Shown in pieces: positions 47,006-61,207 of a stretch of 64,000 bases of DNA. The notes under the pieces are model-generated. The model had not been told where the DNA came from. It did not search any database and was given only the letters and a program-made list of their open reading frames with translations. This DNA is from Camelus dromedarius (lineage: Eukaryota): assembly GCF_036321535.1 (NCBI RefSeq), contig NC_087437.1, positions 72,604,001 to 72,668,000 of the forward strand, written 5' to 3'. The position numbers and the translations under genes are program-made. How positions within the stretch are numbered: position 1 is the first letter of the stretch; each line of letters begins with the position of its first letter.

Positions 47006-49905
47006 GGCCTCATGATTCACTGTGAAAATATAAAGGGTGAGCTCACTGGGGAAGGGGATACACACAAATGGTAGTTTCACACGGATAACGATTGAGATGA
47101 TGAGTTATTTCCAGGTAGAGATCTCTAGCAGGACTCAAAGTCAGGAAAAGCATGTGCATCCAAGAGAGGGCAGGGAAAGAATGAAGAATGAGAAGAGTAA
47201 GAAGGTTGAAGACAAGTCTCCAGCAACCACCTGTGTGGAGGCTAAAGACAGAAATGAAGTCCTAAAGCCCACGAGTTCTGAAGATGTGGAAAAGTACAAC
47301 ACAGTCGACAGAGCTGAAGGCTGCAACCCGGGCAGGGGACGCGAGGCAGGCCATTGGGTTTCATGATCAGGCACTTGCTGGTGACCTTGGGAAGGACAAT
47401 TTGGGACCAATGGATACAGGGATTTAGGAGTGAGCAGGAGGCAGGATCCAAAGGCAGATCTCACTTTCTAGAGTTTGTCAGTGAAAAAAAGGAGAGAGAA
47501 AAATATCTAAATGAAGTAGCAAGTTTCTGATGGAAGACTGCTTTGAAGGAGAGACTGCATGAGCACATTTGAAGAGACCCAAGAGGATGCTTACAGAGAG
47601 AGATCTGAAGGTCCACCGGTCAGAAGAAGTGGAGAGAGGACCCTATGCAGAGCACAGGTGAAGAGGTTGGTCCTGGGAAGACAGAGAAACAGAGAATTGA
47701 GGGAATGTGAAGAAATTTCAAGGTACTGGGCTGTTAAGTTCTGCCCCCAAGGACCTTACTGTCTGCCTAGGATTTTCCCATGAGTCACCCTACACCAGGG
47801 AGCAACCTGTGCAACCAGCTTGTCCGCCAGGATTGTGTGACATCATAAGATGTGGCTCCCATTCCAACTGAAGGCAATGCAAATCCAACCAGCACAGCAT
47901 CACGCAGGAAGTCCCTTCTTATGTCTCACAGAAAAGCTCACACAGGAAGAGCAAAAATAAAAGTGTTTCCCTGATTTAAAAAAAAAAGTAAACGTTTGAA
48001 AATCTCTTACAGCATTAACAGTTTTAAAACACAATTTTATAACCAAACTGAAAACGAAGTTTGCACCACAAGTATTAAAAAGTTCTTCCCTGAATATTAC
48101 CCTATGAACTCTCACGTCCCCCCAAGAAACTGTGGCGAGAAATGGAATCCCTTCCTCTGCAGATTGCTCTTAGTGTTTTGAAAATGTCCGATGACTTTTT
48201 AAGAATGGAAGACAGTTCTTGGGTCTTGTGCTTTAGAATCCTGAATATCAAACCAACTAGATCTATTGCATCTTCCTTTGTTATAGGTCCCAGATGCCAA
48301 CAGACAAATCAGCCAACTTTGAGGACAGCACTGGCTGGTTATGATAGGATGAGGTGGTGTGACTCAAATTCAGTTTCAACATCCACATGTGAGAGTTGAT
48401 GGGAAGAGGGAGTTTCAATGCTTACACCAAGACTACTGTCCTCAGCATGATGGAGGAGGTACAGCACCTCCTACCAACTTCTCCCTACCTCAGGACCAGC
48501 CTATGGTCTCAAAGACGCATCCATGCCACCCCATCAATGCCTGAGTTACTCAGTAAACATGGTGCCTGCCTGAGACGTTCACACGCTGGAGGTTGACACA
48601 TGTCAGAGTTTTCCTATTCCTTTAGGGACTATAAAACCTTGAAACAGGTGATGAAAGGGTTGGGAGAAGGAGGAACAGGGGGTGAATGACAAATGCAGTT
48701 CCTGAGAATTCCTAGGGCCCCCTCTGGAGAGACTCAGGGGCTGCCCACTCTTGCTCTCATGCGATGACCAGGTTTGCTATGGAGAGCCCGGCTCAACTCC
48801 AGTCCTGTGGTGACTGGGTCACCCTCACAGGTATCCCAGCTCCAGAAAAGCACCCCCCCAACCCCCGCACCCTACCATCACCCCCACATACAAGACACTT
48901 ACTTTCCTTCCTATTTTGAAATTGAAATGACTGCCCACTGGGGGGTGCTATATTTATGCATTGTAAAATCCTTAATACTCATAATCTGAAAAAAATTAGC
49001 AACTACCTAAAAGGCTTTAAAATGGTGTGGAAGACTGCATCATGCAGTCATTAAAAAAAAAAAAAAGAAAGATGTTCACAAATAATTTTTAATGAATTGG
49101 CAAAATGATCTCAACATAAAATTAAAATCCTAAAAGTGAGCCACAAAATGATAAAAAAATCTGATCTCAGATTTTTTTTTTGATCTCAGATTATTTCTAA
49201 AATGCAATTAAGAAAAAGACTGGAGAAAAATACAACAAAATATTAGTGTGGATGGGTTTTATGGGTAACTCAACATGTTAGTACAGACATGTCTCATACT
49301 CATAATAAATAATAAATAAAATGAGATAATGTAAAATATATAGTTAGCACCATGTAAGTTTTTGTTTTGTAAGCATATACAACACACATATAATAGTGAT
49401 TTCTAAAATACGCTAAAATAATAGTAGCTTACAGATACATGGTTCTATAGTTTTTTAAATGCTTTCAAATACATTATCATTTTATCATTACAATAATATA
49501 CCAAATACATCAGATAAAGTTATCTTTATACAAATAATTACCTTTTACAGTAATTATCTTTACTTAGCAAATTGTTTTAAAATTTTTTCAAATACATATG
49601 TGTAAGATATAATAAAATACAAATTAAGGTTTACATAATCAAAAATTTAAGAAATCTTTACCATCCAATGGGTAGAGTTTAAAGTAAAACACACTTCTTT
49701 CAGAGTTTATAAAACAAACAAAAAAATGTAAACAGAAAAACATGAATCGTGTATATTTCCCACCCATACGACATACCCCAAACCACTTTTAAATTCATAT
49801 TATAAACGATAAAATCGCGGTGAGTCCACCTTCGATTTCAGCACAAGTCATAAGCATTACAAAGTTCTTAAAATGCATCGACTTAGTCATGTTAAATGCT
49901 CTTAC

Positions 49906-50035
49906 CTCCCATAAGACATAAGCTTATGATGATGACTATAATGAAACCCAGGAAAATGGAGGCCAGGACCATCCACAGTTTGCATCTTCCAATCAAAGTC
50001 CTATTACAGGCGCTCCAAGGGCTTTCCTGGTCAGC
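49906..50035 (-). CDS. C3orf52: C3orf52 coding exon 2 with the transmembrane helix: ADQESPWSACNRTLIGRCKLWMVLASIFLGFIIVIIISLCLMG
   Basis: tttccag| acceptor, G|GTAAGA donor; 130 nt; long hydrophobic segment. Confidence 0.96.
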
Positions 50036-51414
50036 CTGGAAAGCAGACGGAGACTGTGAGGCAGTCATCTGGTTTCAACAGTCGTGTTTTAACATGGGCC
50101 GGGTATTCAGAAATGAAGGCAGCAGGACCCTGACCTCAAGGGGCTCCGCTCTATTGAGTCGAGTTTACAAAGGGACAGAACGGAACCTCAGGGAGAAGTC
50201 GGCAAGAAAATGCTCTGGGGACTCTGAGGTGGGAAGGACAGGCAGGATTCTGAAGGGTGGACAGAGAGAGGCATTCCAAACCCAGGAAAGAGCAACCTCC
50301 GTGTTGACTCGTAACGGAACTGGCCACAAGAAGCATCTGATGGGAATGCGGGTTTCAGAGGCTAGTAGTGAGAGTTATGATTAGAGAATGAAAGGCTGGA
50401 GCAAATCTGAGAGGGTTCTGAACGCTGCAGGGCAGTTTGGACATAATTTGGGAACCAGTTGAAGGTTTTGGAACACAAAAGCTGAGCAGAAGATTAAGAG
50501 AAAAATGATGTGTAGTTTAGACCAAGAAAGAGCTAAGAAAATACTGCTGTGGCCTGGCCTCTAAGTAATAAGGGCCTGGAAAGGGGAAATAAAGGGAAGG
50601 ACAAGCATGTGAGAGACACCGGGAAATAAGCTGCAATGGGTGTAGTGAGGCAGAGGGTGGGGTCAAAGTAAATAATTACAACCGCTGTGGTCTACTGACA
50701 CCAACACCGGTTCACTTCATCCCAGCAACCCTGCAAGGGCGGCATTAGCCAATTTCAAAGGTGCATTTGGGAGAGATGGACCAGGACTAACTCCCGCTGC
50801 ATGTCACTGCCCCACTCACACCCTCTCCCTCCGGACCACAGGCTCCCTGCATCACTGTGTGGAGCTCCTGGTTAGGAGGGCGCCTGGCTGCCTCCACTCC
50901 CAGTGCCATCACCTGCACTCTCCCCCTACTTCCCACTGGGCCGTTAGGCAATTCCTACATGAGGACCATGGGAAACAAGGGAATATGATGGGGGAAATGT
51001 GTTTCCCTATCAGGATCCCAATCCCAGTTATACCACTTAGGCAGGGTGACTATCATCAGCAAACTACTTTGTGAAGAAACTCACCGACCCCAAGGTCCTC
51101 AAGTGTAAAATGTACAAGTAACCAGTCTAGCTCACAGGGCTGCTGTATGAGGTCACGTACATGAAGCACTTTCTGAACAAGGGTAGAGCAGAGATCGCAC
51201 TTTGGAGCCCCTGAGTGCACGTCACAGGGCTCTCAACACACGGGAGCCAACAGCCAGGCAGAGTGTTCACCAGCTCCACCAAGCAGCGGTGGGCACTTTC
51301 GGGGACTCACTCCTGAACCCATGCCCTGTTCACTTTCTCCGCAGTCATGATTTGAGTGGCAGCCATCAGCAGAGGAAACCGTTCATGTTGGGACTGCAGT
51401 TCAATCTTTCTCAG

Positions 51415-51595
51415 TGAGAAGGTCCCAAGCCTGGCTGCATATCAGAATTACCTGTGGAAGAATTAAATGACACACATCCAAGCCCTACCTGGACCGAGGG
51501 AATTAGACTGTAGGGGAGGTGGGGGCAGACCCCAGCTTGTAACTGTGAACGTCCCAAGGTGCATCGATGGCTTTACCAGAGTCGAGCCCCTGGTC
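51415..51595. mobile_element. MER5-like DNA transposon remnant
   Basis: cccaagcctggctgcatatcagaattacctg.ggaag..ttaaa..acac.ca..ccaagccctacc resembles MER5A. Confidence 0.45.
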
Positions 51596-53734
51596 TGGAG
51601 CCTCTCTGCTCTTCGGAAACCAGGTCAAACCTCTCTTCTCATGGAGGCCTCCCTACCAGCCCACCCAGGGAGACTTCTCCCAGGCCGTGAGCTGTCCACA
51701 TGGCTCCTCCGCTGCCAGCCTTGTCTGGTTTCATGTTCAAATATAAACAGATACCGGCCTTATCTTCCTAGGGAAAGTGAAACCACAGAGAGGGAGGGGA
51801 GGCTCTGAAAATGCCCGACACCTCTGCCTCGTACAGGTAATAGGCGCTTAATAACTATGTGTTGTTTCTTTAGAGCAGGCTTCAAGAATTGTGACAATGT
51901 ACTGTGAGAAGTTCTAGAGTAGTGGTCACACTTTGGAGCCCGTACACGGGCTCTTCGGGGTGGTGGTGGTGGCGTGAGGGATGCAGTAAAGGCCCTCGCA
52001 ACATCTGGACAGAGGAAAACCCTCTTGAGGTAAGTGTTCCTGGAGTCCAGGGAGAGAGCCCCCTCTCACCCCAACCTGAAGACTGAGAATTGCTCCAAGG
52101 TCACCAAAGCCAGAGGCTCGATAAGGCCTTCGGGAAAGAGAAGTCCCAGGACAAGAAGCCTTTAATGTCTCAGGGCACAGAAACGTAACTTTCTGTTTAC
52201 AGAGCTCCTGAGACACGGCCATTTTCCCTCCTTCCACAAGGGACGGCAGGGACCATAAAAATTAGTACAAAATGAAACGGTCTGGAGTCTGAAATGAGCC
52301 GGAGAATGAGGGTCAATGTGCCTCCTTGGCCTTTCGTGCCTCCCCTTCTGCTGTCCCTCAGAGATCATCAGCGAAGACCCTGGTGGTTTGAGGAGACCAA
52401 GACTCTGACTTCCTGGGGGAACTCAGCTCAGAATTACACAGCCCTCCTCTATAAGAAATGCCTCTTCCTGTCCAGCCCAAAGATGCTATCCTGTAGCCTA
52501 CCCTCTTCGTCGTCCTGTCATCAGCCCCAAGGCAGAGACCACTATCTCTAGAGTGACTCATCTTCACATACTTAAGTCAATGTAAAACAGTCCGTCAGCT
52601 GCTCCCAACCCAACAACAGAGTACAGTGCTTCTCAGCTGTCCACACATCAGACCCAACCAAGGAATTCTGTTTTTTAGAAGTGCCCCCAGGAGATTCCGC
52701 TGTGCACTGAGGGTGGAGAGCCTTGGATCCAGCAGATGCTACCTGTGCGCACTGGGTCAGGAAAACATCCTGCTCCTTGACTGCCTCCTTCATTCTGTCT
52801 TGCCCAGATTCTAGGTTATGAGGAGAGGCCACAGGCAGGCTTCTCTTCAGGATGGCTTCCAAATATGTGTGCAAACCGCAGCTCACATTCTGTAATGGCA
52901 TTATATGGCCCAAGAACTTTGGTGACTTTCCTCTGAATATTCCCCCAGATACTCCCATCCCTCTTCAGATAAGGTCCAAACACATGATGTAAGGTCCTGC
53001 AAAAATGGCAGGACTACTGAACTCTTAGATACAAAAAGCTTTTCTTCTCTTTGGCTCAATCAGCAGGAGATATTATACAGATCAGGGGAAAATTTTCTTA
53101 GCACACAGTAAAATCTATACTTTGTAATCTTCATTGTGGGATTTAATCCACCTGTTGATCCAAGCACAAAAGTCAGTTGATTCTTGTCCTAAATTCTAAA
53201 CAACACATGGCAATGGGGTTGATTTTTAGCTAGCCCATTCATATAGGTCTTGTCCGCCTCAAAACTATCAATGTACTGGATTATTACTGCCATTAATATA
53301 ATGATGCTGCCATCCCTTAAAATGTCTTTGGGATTTCTATTTGGAAACTGAGGTTAGAGCCCATGAAATGAGCCACAAAAGTAAACCAGTCTCCCTCAAT
53401 TATCCCTGAGGCCTTTTCTAGTTTTGATCCACCTGTATTGCCATGTTTACAGTGACAGCAGGCAAAGTGAAGTTCAATGGCTTGTCTTCCTTTCCCTCAA
53501 GGCCCAAGCGCAGATCAAGAAAGGGGAAGTTCTTTCCACTGCCTTTGAACACTCTCCCAGATAGCTCTTCTGAGTAGGTAGATACCCATGATGTGGAATG
53601 TCTTCTTCCCAATGACCCCAAACTGTTCCCTACTCCTCACCATCTACCCATCTGCACAAAACCCCCTCATCATTCCAGACACGCTACTCAACTCCTCATA
53701 TTTCACCCACATTCTGTAACTTACAGAAATCAGT

Positions 53735-53870
53735 AATAATATACAATTTAGGCAATTATATATAAATGAATATAAATTATATATTATATTTATATAATGT
53801 ATAAATATGTGTTTATATACATATCTCTGTGTTTTTATATATATATATGTATATATACATAAAATAAATC
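53735..53870. repeat. (TA)-rich low-complexity tract
   Basis: Directly visible. Confidence 0.85.
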
Positions 53871-55779
53871 AATAAAAGCAGCTTAGGTCTGAAACCTAAA
53901 AAGCCTGCATTCAATCTTAGAGCCACCATTGCATGAACTTGAGTATTTTGGTAACTCCTCTGAGCTCAGTTTCCTCATCTGTCAAGCCAGAATGCTGCTA
54001 CCTTCTTCTGAAGTTTGTTGTACCAATTAAATGCATTTATGCAGCAGAAGTATTTGGCACATGATGGGTACAAAAACATATAGATAATAAAAACTCATGA
54101 ACTTACACCACATTTCAAAGTTGGAAATCTTAACATGTGGTTTAAAGAGACCTACACACAAAATTCTGAAGAGTCTGGATCTGGTGCTTGTGCCACCCAC
54201 TTTAAAAGGCTCTATGTTAGTTGACTTTTCAATTTAAAATACACTTCAGCTGATTCCATGGAACCGAAGAGAACACTTGGCACATTAGATGAGGATTTCT
54301 TTCTCTCTGTTTTAAGTTTTTCTTCGTCAAGCATTTCTAGAATGTTCTCCAGGTGCTCATGTAACCCTTCATCTTCACGCCATTCTGTCCCTCACACAGC
54401 TTTCTTATTCAGTGACCTACAAAGCTAGTTCACAAGGAAGTCTCAGATATCTGTATACACCTGGCTAACGAGGAAGTAATTAAAACATGAAAGAGCAATC
54501 TCTACTGGGTAAGTACTAAACGACTATAAAATATCGACACCCTGCATGTGTTCCGTACATTCTACTCCTCAGTCGTCTTCAACACGCCATCCCCCGGCCT
54601 CACAGAGAAGACTGGTTAGCCACGTTACATCGCAACCAGCTGACAATGGGAAAATCCAGACCTTAGTGCCTTGCCTCAGGACATAGCTTTCAGTGGGGAA
54701 GCTGTCACCAGAACTCAGATCTCTGGATTCAGTCCCAAACCAAGAGTCTGTGGAGTGTCCTGGGTCTGCCTAACATGAGGTAAGCACCCCCAATTCCCAT
54801 TCCTAGACACTGGCTTGGAGGATCCAAACTGTGAGTCCACGGTTATGGCCACTTGCACAGAGATCAAATCATCTTCCTCCCGCTTCCATTCTTCTGTGTT
54901 GTTCCTCTTTCATTCAAATATAAAGTACTAATCACTCTACAGGGTAACCATAAAAGCAGACTTTACAATCTTTCCAGGAATCAATGACGAAGCAAAAGCA
55001 ATGCTTTCAACTACTGAATTTCCTGCTTATCCCTGAAATCAACAGTTGAGCAGCCAAAGGGATGGGAGTGGAGGAGTGAGACCTAGAAAGGTCAGGTTGG
55101 AACCACACACAAACACACACACACACACACATACATACAAATATATGAGGCTTTCCAGATACCCAGTAGACATCAAGCCAGTTTGAAGGGTTAATCAGAA
55201 GACAGATGTTCAGAATTCAAAGTCTCTGCTGTTTTATAAGCATTTGATGAGAATGAATAATTTTCCTGTTAACTGGTAGGGCTGAATTAGAAAAGAGTTC
55301 AGCCTAAACATCACCAGGGACTTCCTTGGAAACTGAGATGAGCAAATAAGGCATAGTTCTTTGAGACAAGAACTTGGAAGTTATTTCCCTCAGTTGAGCA
55401 GGGCAAGTTCACAGCCCCCACCGCCCCTGCTCTGCCAGCCTTTCTGTACTTGCCCCCACCTCCACCCTTCATCTCTTCCTGCGAAGTCAAATAGCCAGAT
55501 TGGGAAGAGATAAAGTGTGGGTCTAGGTGAGCCAGGATGGGGGGAAGGTGGGAGATGGGTGGAGGTTAGGGGAGGGTGCGGACAAGCGGCAAGGCAGACT
55601 AGGAAAGAGGAAGGCAGAGAGATTCTGAAGAAAAGGAGACTCCAGAGATAACTGGAGTTCTCCCTGCTGGAAAAAGGAAAACTAAAAGTTACAGAACTTT
55701 CTAAAACCACCTCTATCTAGGGGAATTCTCTCTCTGAAGAGAGGAGCCGTACACCTCCCAGATAAGATTCCTCAAGTTC

Positions 55780-56560
55780 CCCGGAGTCAGAGGGGTCGGA
55801 GGGGCCTCGGGCAGCCTCCGCCTGGAGGGCATTCCTGCGTCCGCTCCATTTAGAATATTCCAGCGCGCACCGCCTGCGCTCGGGGTCTGCTGCGCCCGGG
55901 GAGCCGTGCGGTGCCAGGCCCGGGTCCTAGCCGGCAGCCTGGCTCACAGCCCCTCGGATAACGCCGCCAGCGCCGAGACGACCTTACCTGGGCTGGGCAG
56001 GGCTCCTCGGTCGAAGAATGGAAGCCCTGGACGGCTCCATTGAGAGGCGTCTGCTCGTCTGGCTGCCCTTGGAGCGCCGAGAGCTCCAGCCCATCTCCTG
56101 GCGATGGGGGCCTGGCCCCCTCCATGGACGAGTGGAGGAGGACTGAACAGCCCGCCAGGAAGCAGGACGCACACACCCGAGGGTGCAGAGTCCAAAGTGG
56201 CCTTGCGGGTGGCTCACACTCCACCCCGGCGGGCGGGGGCGGGGGCGGGGAGACCTCAGGCTGCGGCCGGGGCGGGCGGGGGGCGGGTCCTCGCGCCCCG
56301 GACGCGCCCCTCGCTCCTGCCCCGCGCCGCCTCGGTGCCCTGCTAGGAGCAGAGCCAAGGAGGGCTGTTTTTCTGGTTTGTTCAGGGCGCTGTCTGCCTT
56401 TTTCTCTTGGTACAGATACAAAGCAGAAGCTGACTGGGGACCGGAGTGGGCGGCGGGTTGTGGCCTGGATGGGCCCTGTAGCCCCTTGCCACGGAAAAGT
56501 TTGGCGTTCCAGGCACCCCAGGAGCTGTCTGTTACCAGGGCTTGCCCCGGCTTTCGCTGC
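55780..56560 (-). promoter_or_regulatory. C3orf52: CpG-island promoter of C3orf52 with multiple GC boxes
   Basis: Sharp local rise in GC and CpG spanning exon 1; repeated GGGCGG at 56231-56288. Confidence 0.9.
55988..56125 (-). CDS. C3orf52: C3orf52 (TTMP, TPA-induced transmembrane protein) coding exon 1: MEGARPPSPGDGLELSALQGQPDEQTPLNGAVQGFHSSTEEPCPAQ
   Basis: tccATGG start, CAG|GTAAGG donor; 138 nt; LELS..QP.E.TPLNGA motif shared with human TTMP as recalled. Confidence 0.95.
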
Positions 56561-56996
56561 CTGGCAAAAGTTCATTCAGTTAATCAACATATGACTATGA
56601 ACATATAACTTTCGCCTGCGTGCCAGGCATCCTTCAGGATTCTGAGCATACCAGAAAATATGCAGGTGAATAATACACAGGAACACACTTCTTCCTCCTG
56701 TAAGTCCGGAGTCATGCAAAGAAAGAGTAAAGAGGGGTGGAGCGGACAGTAGGCTCAGGAATCAGGCTGCCCAGGCTAATCCCCTCACAGAGTTCCTAAC
56801 GGTGAGACCTGCGTCAGAGTTCCCTCATGCGGGAAATTGGCATAATGTTAGTACCCACCTAATTAAGATGTGGCTAGAATTTAAAGAATTGGCATCAGCG
56901 AAGTACTCAGACACTAACAAACATGCATAAGCATTGATTATTATTATCTACCTTAGGGAAGAGGAGTCACAGACACCCCATCCCCACCCCCAGCAA

Positions 56997-56998
<2 letters not shown>

Positions 56999-57040
<42 letters not shown>
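56999..57040. repeat. (CA)n microsatellite upstream of the C3orf52 promoter
   Basis: About 21 perfect AC units. Confidence 0.97.
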
Positions 57041-57042
<2 letters not shown>

Positions 57043-57959
57043 AGGAAAAAGTATATGCACCCAGCCACAATCCACAATCCATAGTTCAGAACTTCCAGTC
57101 TCATGAGCCTGAAATTGTTTGCTAAGCAGGTGTGTGTTGACCCTCTCAAGCGTCTGTTCAGAGCAGGCTTGCTTCCTTATTTCTCATCCCTGCCCCCAAC
57201 AATCACACATATTGAGATGAGTTTGAGATGTGGACGGGATATACATAAATCAACTTCATTTCAGAAGATGTTGACTTGTGTTCAAAAGTCTGGCATCCTC
57301 GACACCTGCTGTTCAGTCTCTGTCTACATACCAGGTCTCTAGTTGTCTCTTGCTTGCTACCAGATCATCTGGGTTTTGGACTCCATCTGCCCACCCAATG
57401 GGGTCATGCTCACTGCAGCCACTCAGCTGCTAGCCTGCTCAGACTTCTGCTTTCTCTGCTTTGAAAGGCTGATTCTGTAGGACTCATGTTGTATTCTCAG
57501 CTGGGATTTTGTAACAGAATTTTAAATCAAGGAGCAAGGGTTAAGGAAATCAAGAAGGGGCTCCGAGACACCCAGAGACTAACAACAGTCGAAAGCCCTC
57601 AGTATCCTGAGACCTAAAAGGGACTGAGCCTGATTAAGGACTGGAGCCATCAAGGAGGGCTCCAGATAGGATCTGTAGGCACAGAAGTTTGCAGCCACTG
57701 TTAGGACTGGGATCCAGAGGGGAGGAAGCCAAGAGGAAAAGTACTCTGAACTTTCTCTCCACCTGCCAGTGTCCTGCTGGTAACTCCCACTGGAAACTGG
57801 TGACAGAGGTTGGGGTTCAGCCTCCCAGGCTCAGAGCAGAGAGTAAATCTGCGGTGCAAAGAAAGGGGAACCTGCATGTACACCTTTCTCTACAATAACT
57901 GACTTTTGATCTTCCTTCTCAGACATTCAGTAGTCAGTAGACTCCTCTGGTCTGACCAG

Positions 57960-58490
57960 ATTCCTCTTCCTGGCTGGCCCCTTCCTGTCCAATTCTGTTG
58001 CCACCCCCACTTCTTTGTATATGATGTTCCTTCTGCTCAGAATGCTTTTCCTCCCACTCCAGCTCACTTTCTGCATGGATAACTTTCGTCCATCTTTAAA
58101 TCCTAGCTGAAGCGTACTTTTTCCATTAAATCTTCCCAGACTCCTCCTCCACTGAAAGTCATCCACATTCTTCTTTATTACCAACACACATTGTTCCTGT
58201 GCTAATTACATCACATATTCAGTTCAATTTCATTCCACAAGCAGTACTGAGTGCTTGCTACAGTCTTCTGGATGCTTGAGACACGTCTGAAGAATATGAA
58301 GCAGAATAAAACAAAATCACTGCCATTGTGAGGCTAATATTTAATGAGGGGAAGCAAACTTAATAAATAATATTTCTAGAATATTAGAAGGTGACGTGTG
58401 CTATGGAAAAAACAAGGTAAAGCAGAGTAAGGGAGGCTGGAGTGCTGATTGGTGCAGGTTGGGAGTTGTCATTATAAAGAGGGTGACCGA
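57960..58490. mobile_element. L2 remnants
   Basis: gttccttctgctcagaatgcttttcc...catctttaaatcctagctgaag; cattccacaagcagtactgagtgcttgct...aaaatcactgccattgtgaggcta. Confidence 0.6.
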
Positions 58491-59522
58491 CCTATAAAAA
58501 CAATTTCATTATTTTGGGTCCTGTGAAAACCCGATTTACTATTTTGGGCCCCATTTGAAAATAGAATTACTATTACTTTTTTGACTTTGTCCCAGCGAAA
58601 AGAATAATATCATTCTTCTTTCTGCTGTTCTTACCTATTTGGTGATATTATTAAGTCCGGCCTCTGTTAATGAAAAGATTATTCTGAGATTAAGTGTGAA
58701 ACACTCTAAATCGAGATAAAATAAATCAATAACTCTGATGTATGGAGCATGTACCACAGGTTTACACCTCTGCTAGGTATCACAAGGCTCTGAAAATAAA
58801 AGAAAGTCTTGGCCGTTGAAGTTTTATAGAAGGATCAGAAGTCAGACGATATTTCTGAAATTTTTCTCTTTCAGAACAATCATCCAAAAAGTCCTTAAAC
58901 TGCTGACCAGCATTACCACAATTTTCTTAAATCCCATGTACATATTTTCAATCCAACTACCACAATGCTTCAGTCTATTATTTTAGTGAAGATTATTGTC
59001 AGTTTTGTTGACTGATATTTTCTCTGCACACAATATTACCATTTTTCTCTGAAGAAAAATACCCTATATGTTAGACAAATTGGATTGGAAAATAACAATA
59101 GAGGTACTTTCTCTGTCAATAACTGAGTTTAACGTAATTTGCATTTGTGAAGGAGTCATTTTCATGCAATTAACTTCACTAGAACACTGAAGATCAGGCA
59201 TGGGTTTTTTAATGGAACTTACTTCAATAAATCAGATTTGCCTAGATCTTTATAAATACCTGCACCTTGAATGGGAACATAAATTAAACTATGGATTCCT
59301 GAGCATCTCACTCATTTCTTATTTTGGAGACTTGGTTGATGACATTACTTTAGTTTTCTTCCATTCTTTAATTAATGGCCTTCTGATGCTTAACAATGAA
59401 TACAGTTGTACCCTTGAGGTAATATTCCATGGAATAAAATACATATTAATCTTTCTGTCTTTCAATAAATACCAAATGCATGCAATCTGAAATTTTCAGA
59501 AGAAAAAAAAATTGTGTCTCAT

Positions 59523-59528
59523 TTTATT
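59523..59528 (-). terminator. TMPRSS7: Putative TMPRSS7 polyadenylation signal
   Basis: Minus-strand AATAAA about 70 nt after the stop, followed by a U-rich tract (A-run at ~59503-59511 on +). Confidence 0.65.
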
Positions 59529-59596
59529 GATAATTACTGCATTTTTTAAAAAAGAATCTATCACATAAAACACAGTCAAAAATCAAACTTGTGCAG

Positions 59597-59767
<171 letters not shown>

Positions 59768-60689
59768 CTACACAAGAAGATAAATAATGTCAGTATAAAG
59801 TACACTTGTCCCATGATCATCAACTTGTCATTAAGTGTCTAGTAAATTGTGTTCAGACTCCCACCCTGACAGGTTTTTGCTTGACTAACTACTATGCAGT
59901 TTGGGGAAGTGTCAAGAAATAATGTGAAACTTCTAATGTCATTTTAGAATTATTTTTCCTATCATCAAAAAGACGCATTCATGGTTAAGAAACTTGATTC
60001 TTTAGGCCAAGAATAACATTAGAAGATTCTTGCAAGGAAATAACACTCACATACCTGCGAATAAACAACAAACCTCAACAGTAGTAGCAATAATGATAAT
60101 AATAGCTAAAGCTTATTTAGTGCTGGTATGTGCTAAGCACTGTTTTGGGTCATTTAATCCTCACAATAACCTTTCAAGGCATGGTTATCTTGGGGGTAGG
60201 TTGACCTCTACCTCTGCCCATGTGTTGCCTCACGCATGGCCCTGAGGAAGAAAGGAAAGGAGACCCTGTTTAGTTGGTCAAGTCCAATGAGGCACGTCTA
60301 AGGATCACTGGCTGACAGTTGTCACAGGCAGATCACCCTCACTTGAGAGTCCTTTCTGATATCTCAACTCTAAAAGCAAAGGCTGAAAAAATTCAATATT
60401 TAAACTGAATTCCTGCTGTGTTCGTTGTTTAAATTATAATATCTGGGTTTTCATTTTCTTATATTGGAGGATAGCTAAAGCTGCAGCTTACTCAGAAAGT
60501 GTTTCAAATTGGCCCCTGAATTCTACAATTCTAAACCTGATTAGGTAAATTCTAACTAGTAGAGAGACTGGGGTCTTTTAATTTTAACCGTTGCCACACC
60601 AACTCTGCTTATTTAACCTGTAAACCCTGCTGGTTGTGTGGAACAGCACTATATAACTGACTAGCTGCAGGAAACATTCAAAATATCGT

Positions 60690-60870
60690 AGCTTAAACTT
60701 TAGAGAGATAAGGGTTCAAATCCCAGCTCCACAGACTGTGTGACCTTGGGTAATTTACTTCTCCTCTCTGTGCCCTAGGTTCCTCTTCTGTAAAATAGGG
60801 ATAAAAGAATAATTTGAATGTAGGTAAAGGACCTAGCATGGGGCCTGTCAGAAGATAGAGGTCATAATTG
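60690..60870 (+). mobile_element. MIR SINE
   Basis: gggttcaaatcccagctccac...tgtgtgaccttgggtaatttactt..cctctctgtgcc...ttcctcttctgtaaaataggg. Confidence 0.8.
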
Positions 60871-61207
60871 TAAGGTGAATGCTTGTGGCCCAGTGCCGAA
60901 GGTTACGGAAAGAGGTGGGAACAGCTCCCACTGCCCTGCCCTCCTCATCTTCTAAATAATCTGTTCACGTTTTGGCAAGCAAATTGATATCTGCATAGAT
61001 TGGAATCTGAGGCTCATAAAAATGTCCCCCTAAAAGTGACCTTCAAATATACCACCGTCAGATGCGTAAAAATAAGAGTTCCTGACACTTCTCCCATTCC
61101 TCTTTCCTTTCCCCAGCCTTTGCATCAAAGAGTAAGTGAATACAATACTTCTTACTTTAGAAGGTAAATAGCCACTTTTAAGGAAATAGGTAGCAATCCT
61201 AAAACAC

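Noticed and set aside
49896..50384. 162-aa plus-strand ORF
   Set aside because: Antisense to C3orf52 exon 2 and running into L2-like sequence.
55850..56608. Overlapping 141-241 aa ORFs on both strands
   Set aside because: Stop-poor CpG-island sequence giving Pro/Arg/Gly/Ala-rich translations; only 55988-56125 is supported as coding.
57480..57900. Possible MaLR (MLT1-type) LTR
   Set aside because: Resemblance too weak to call by eye.
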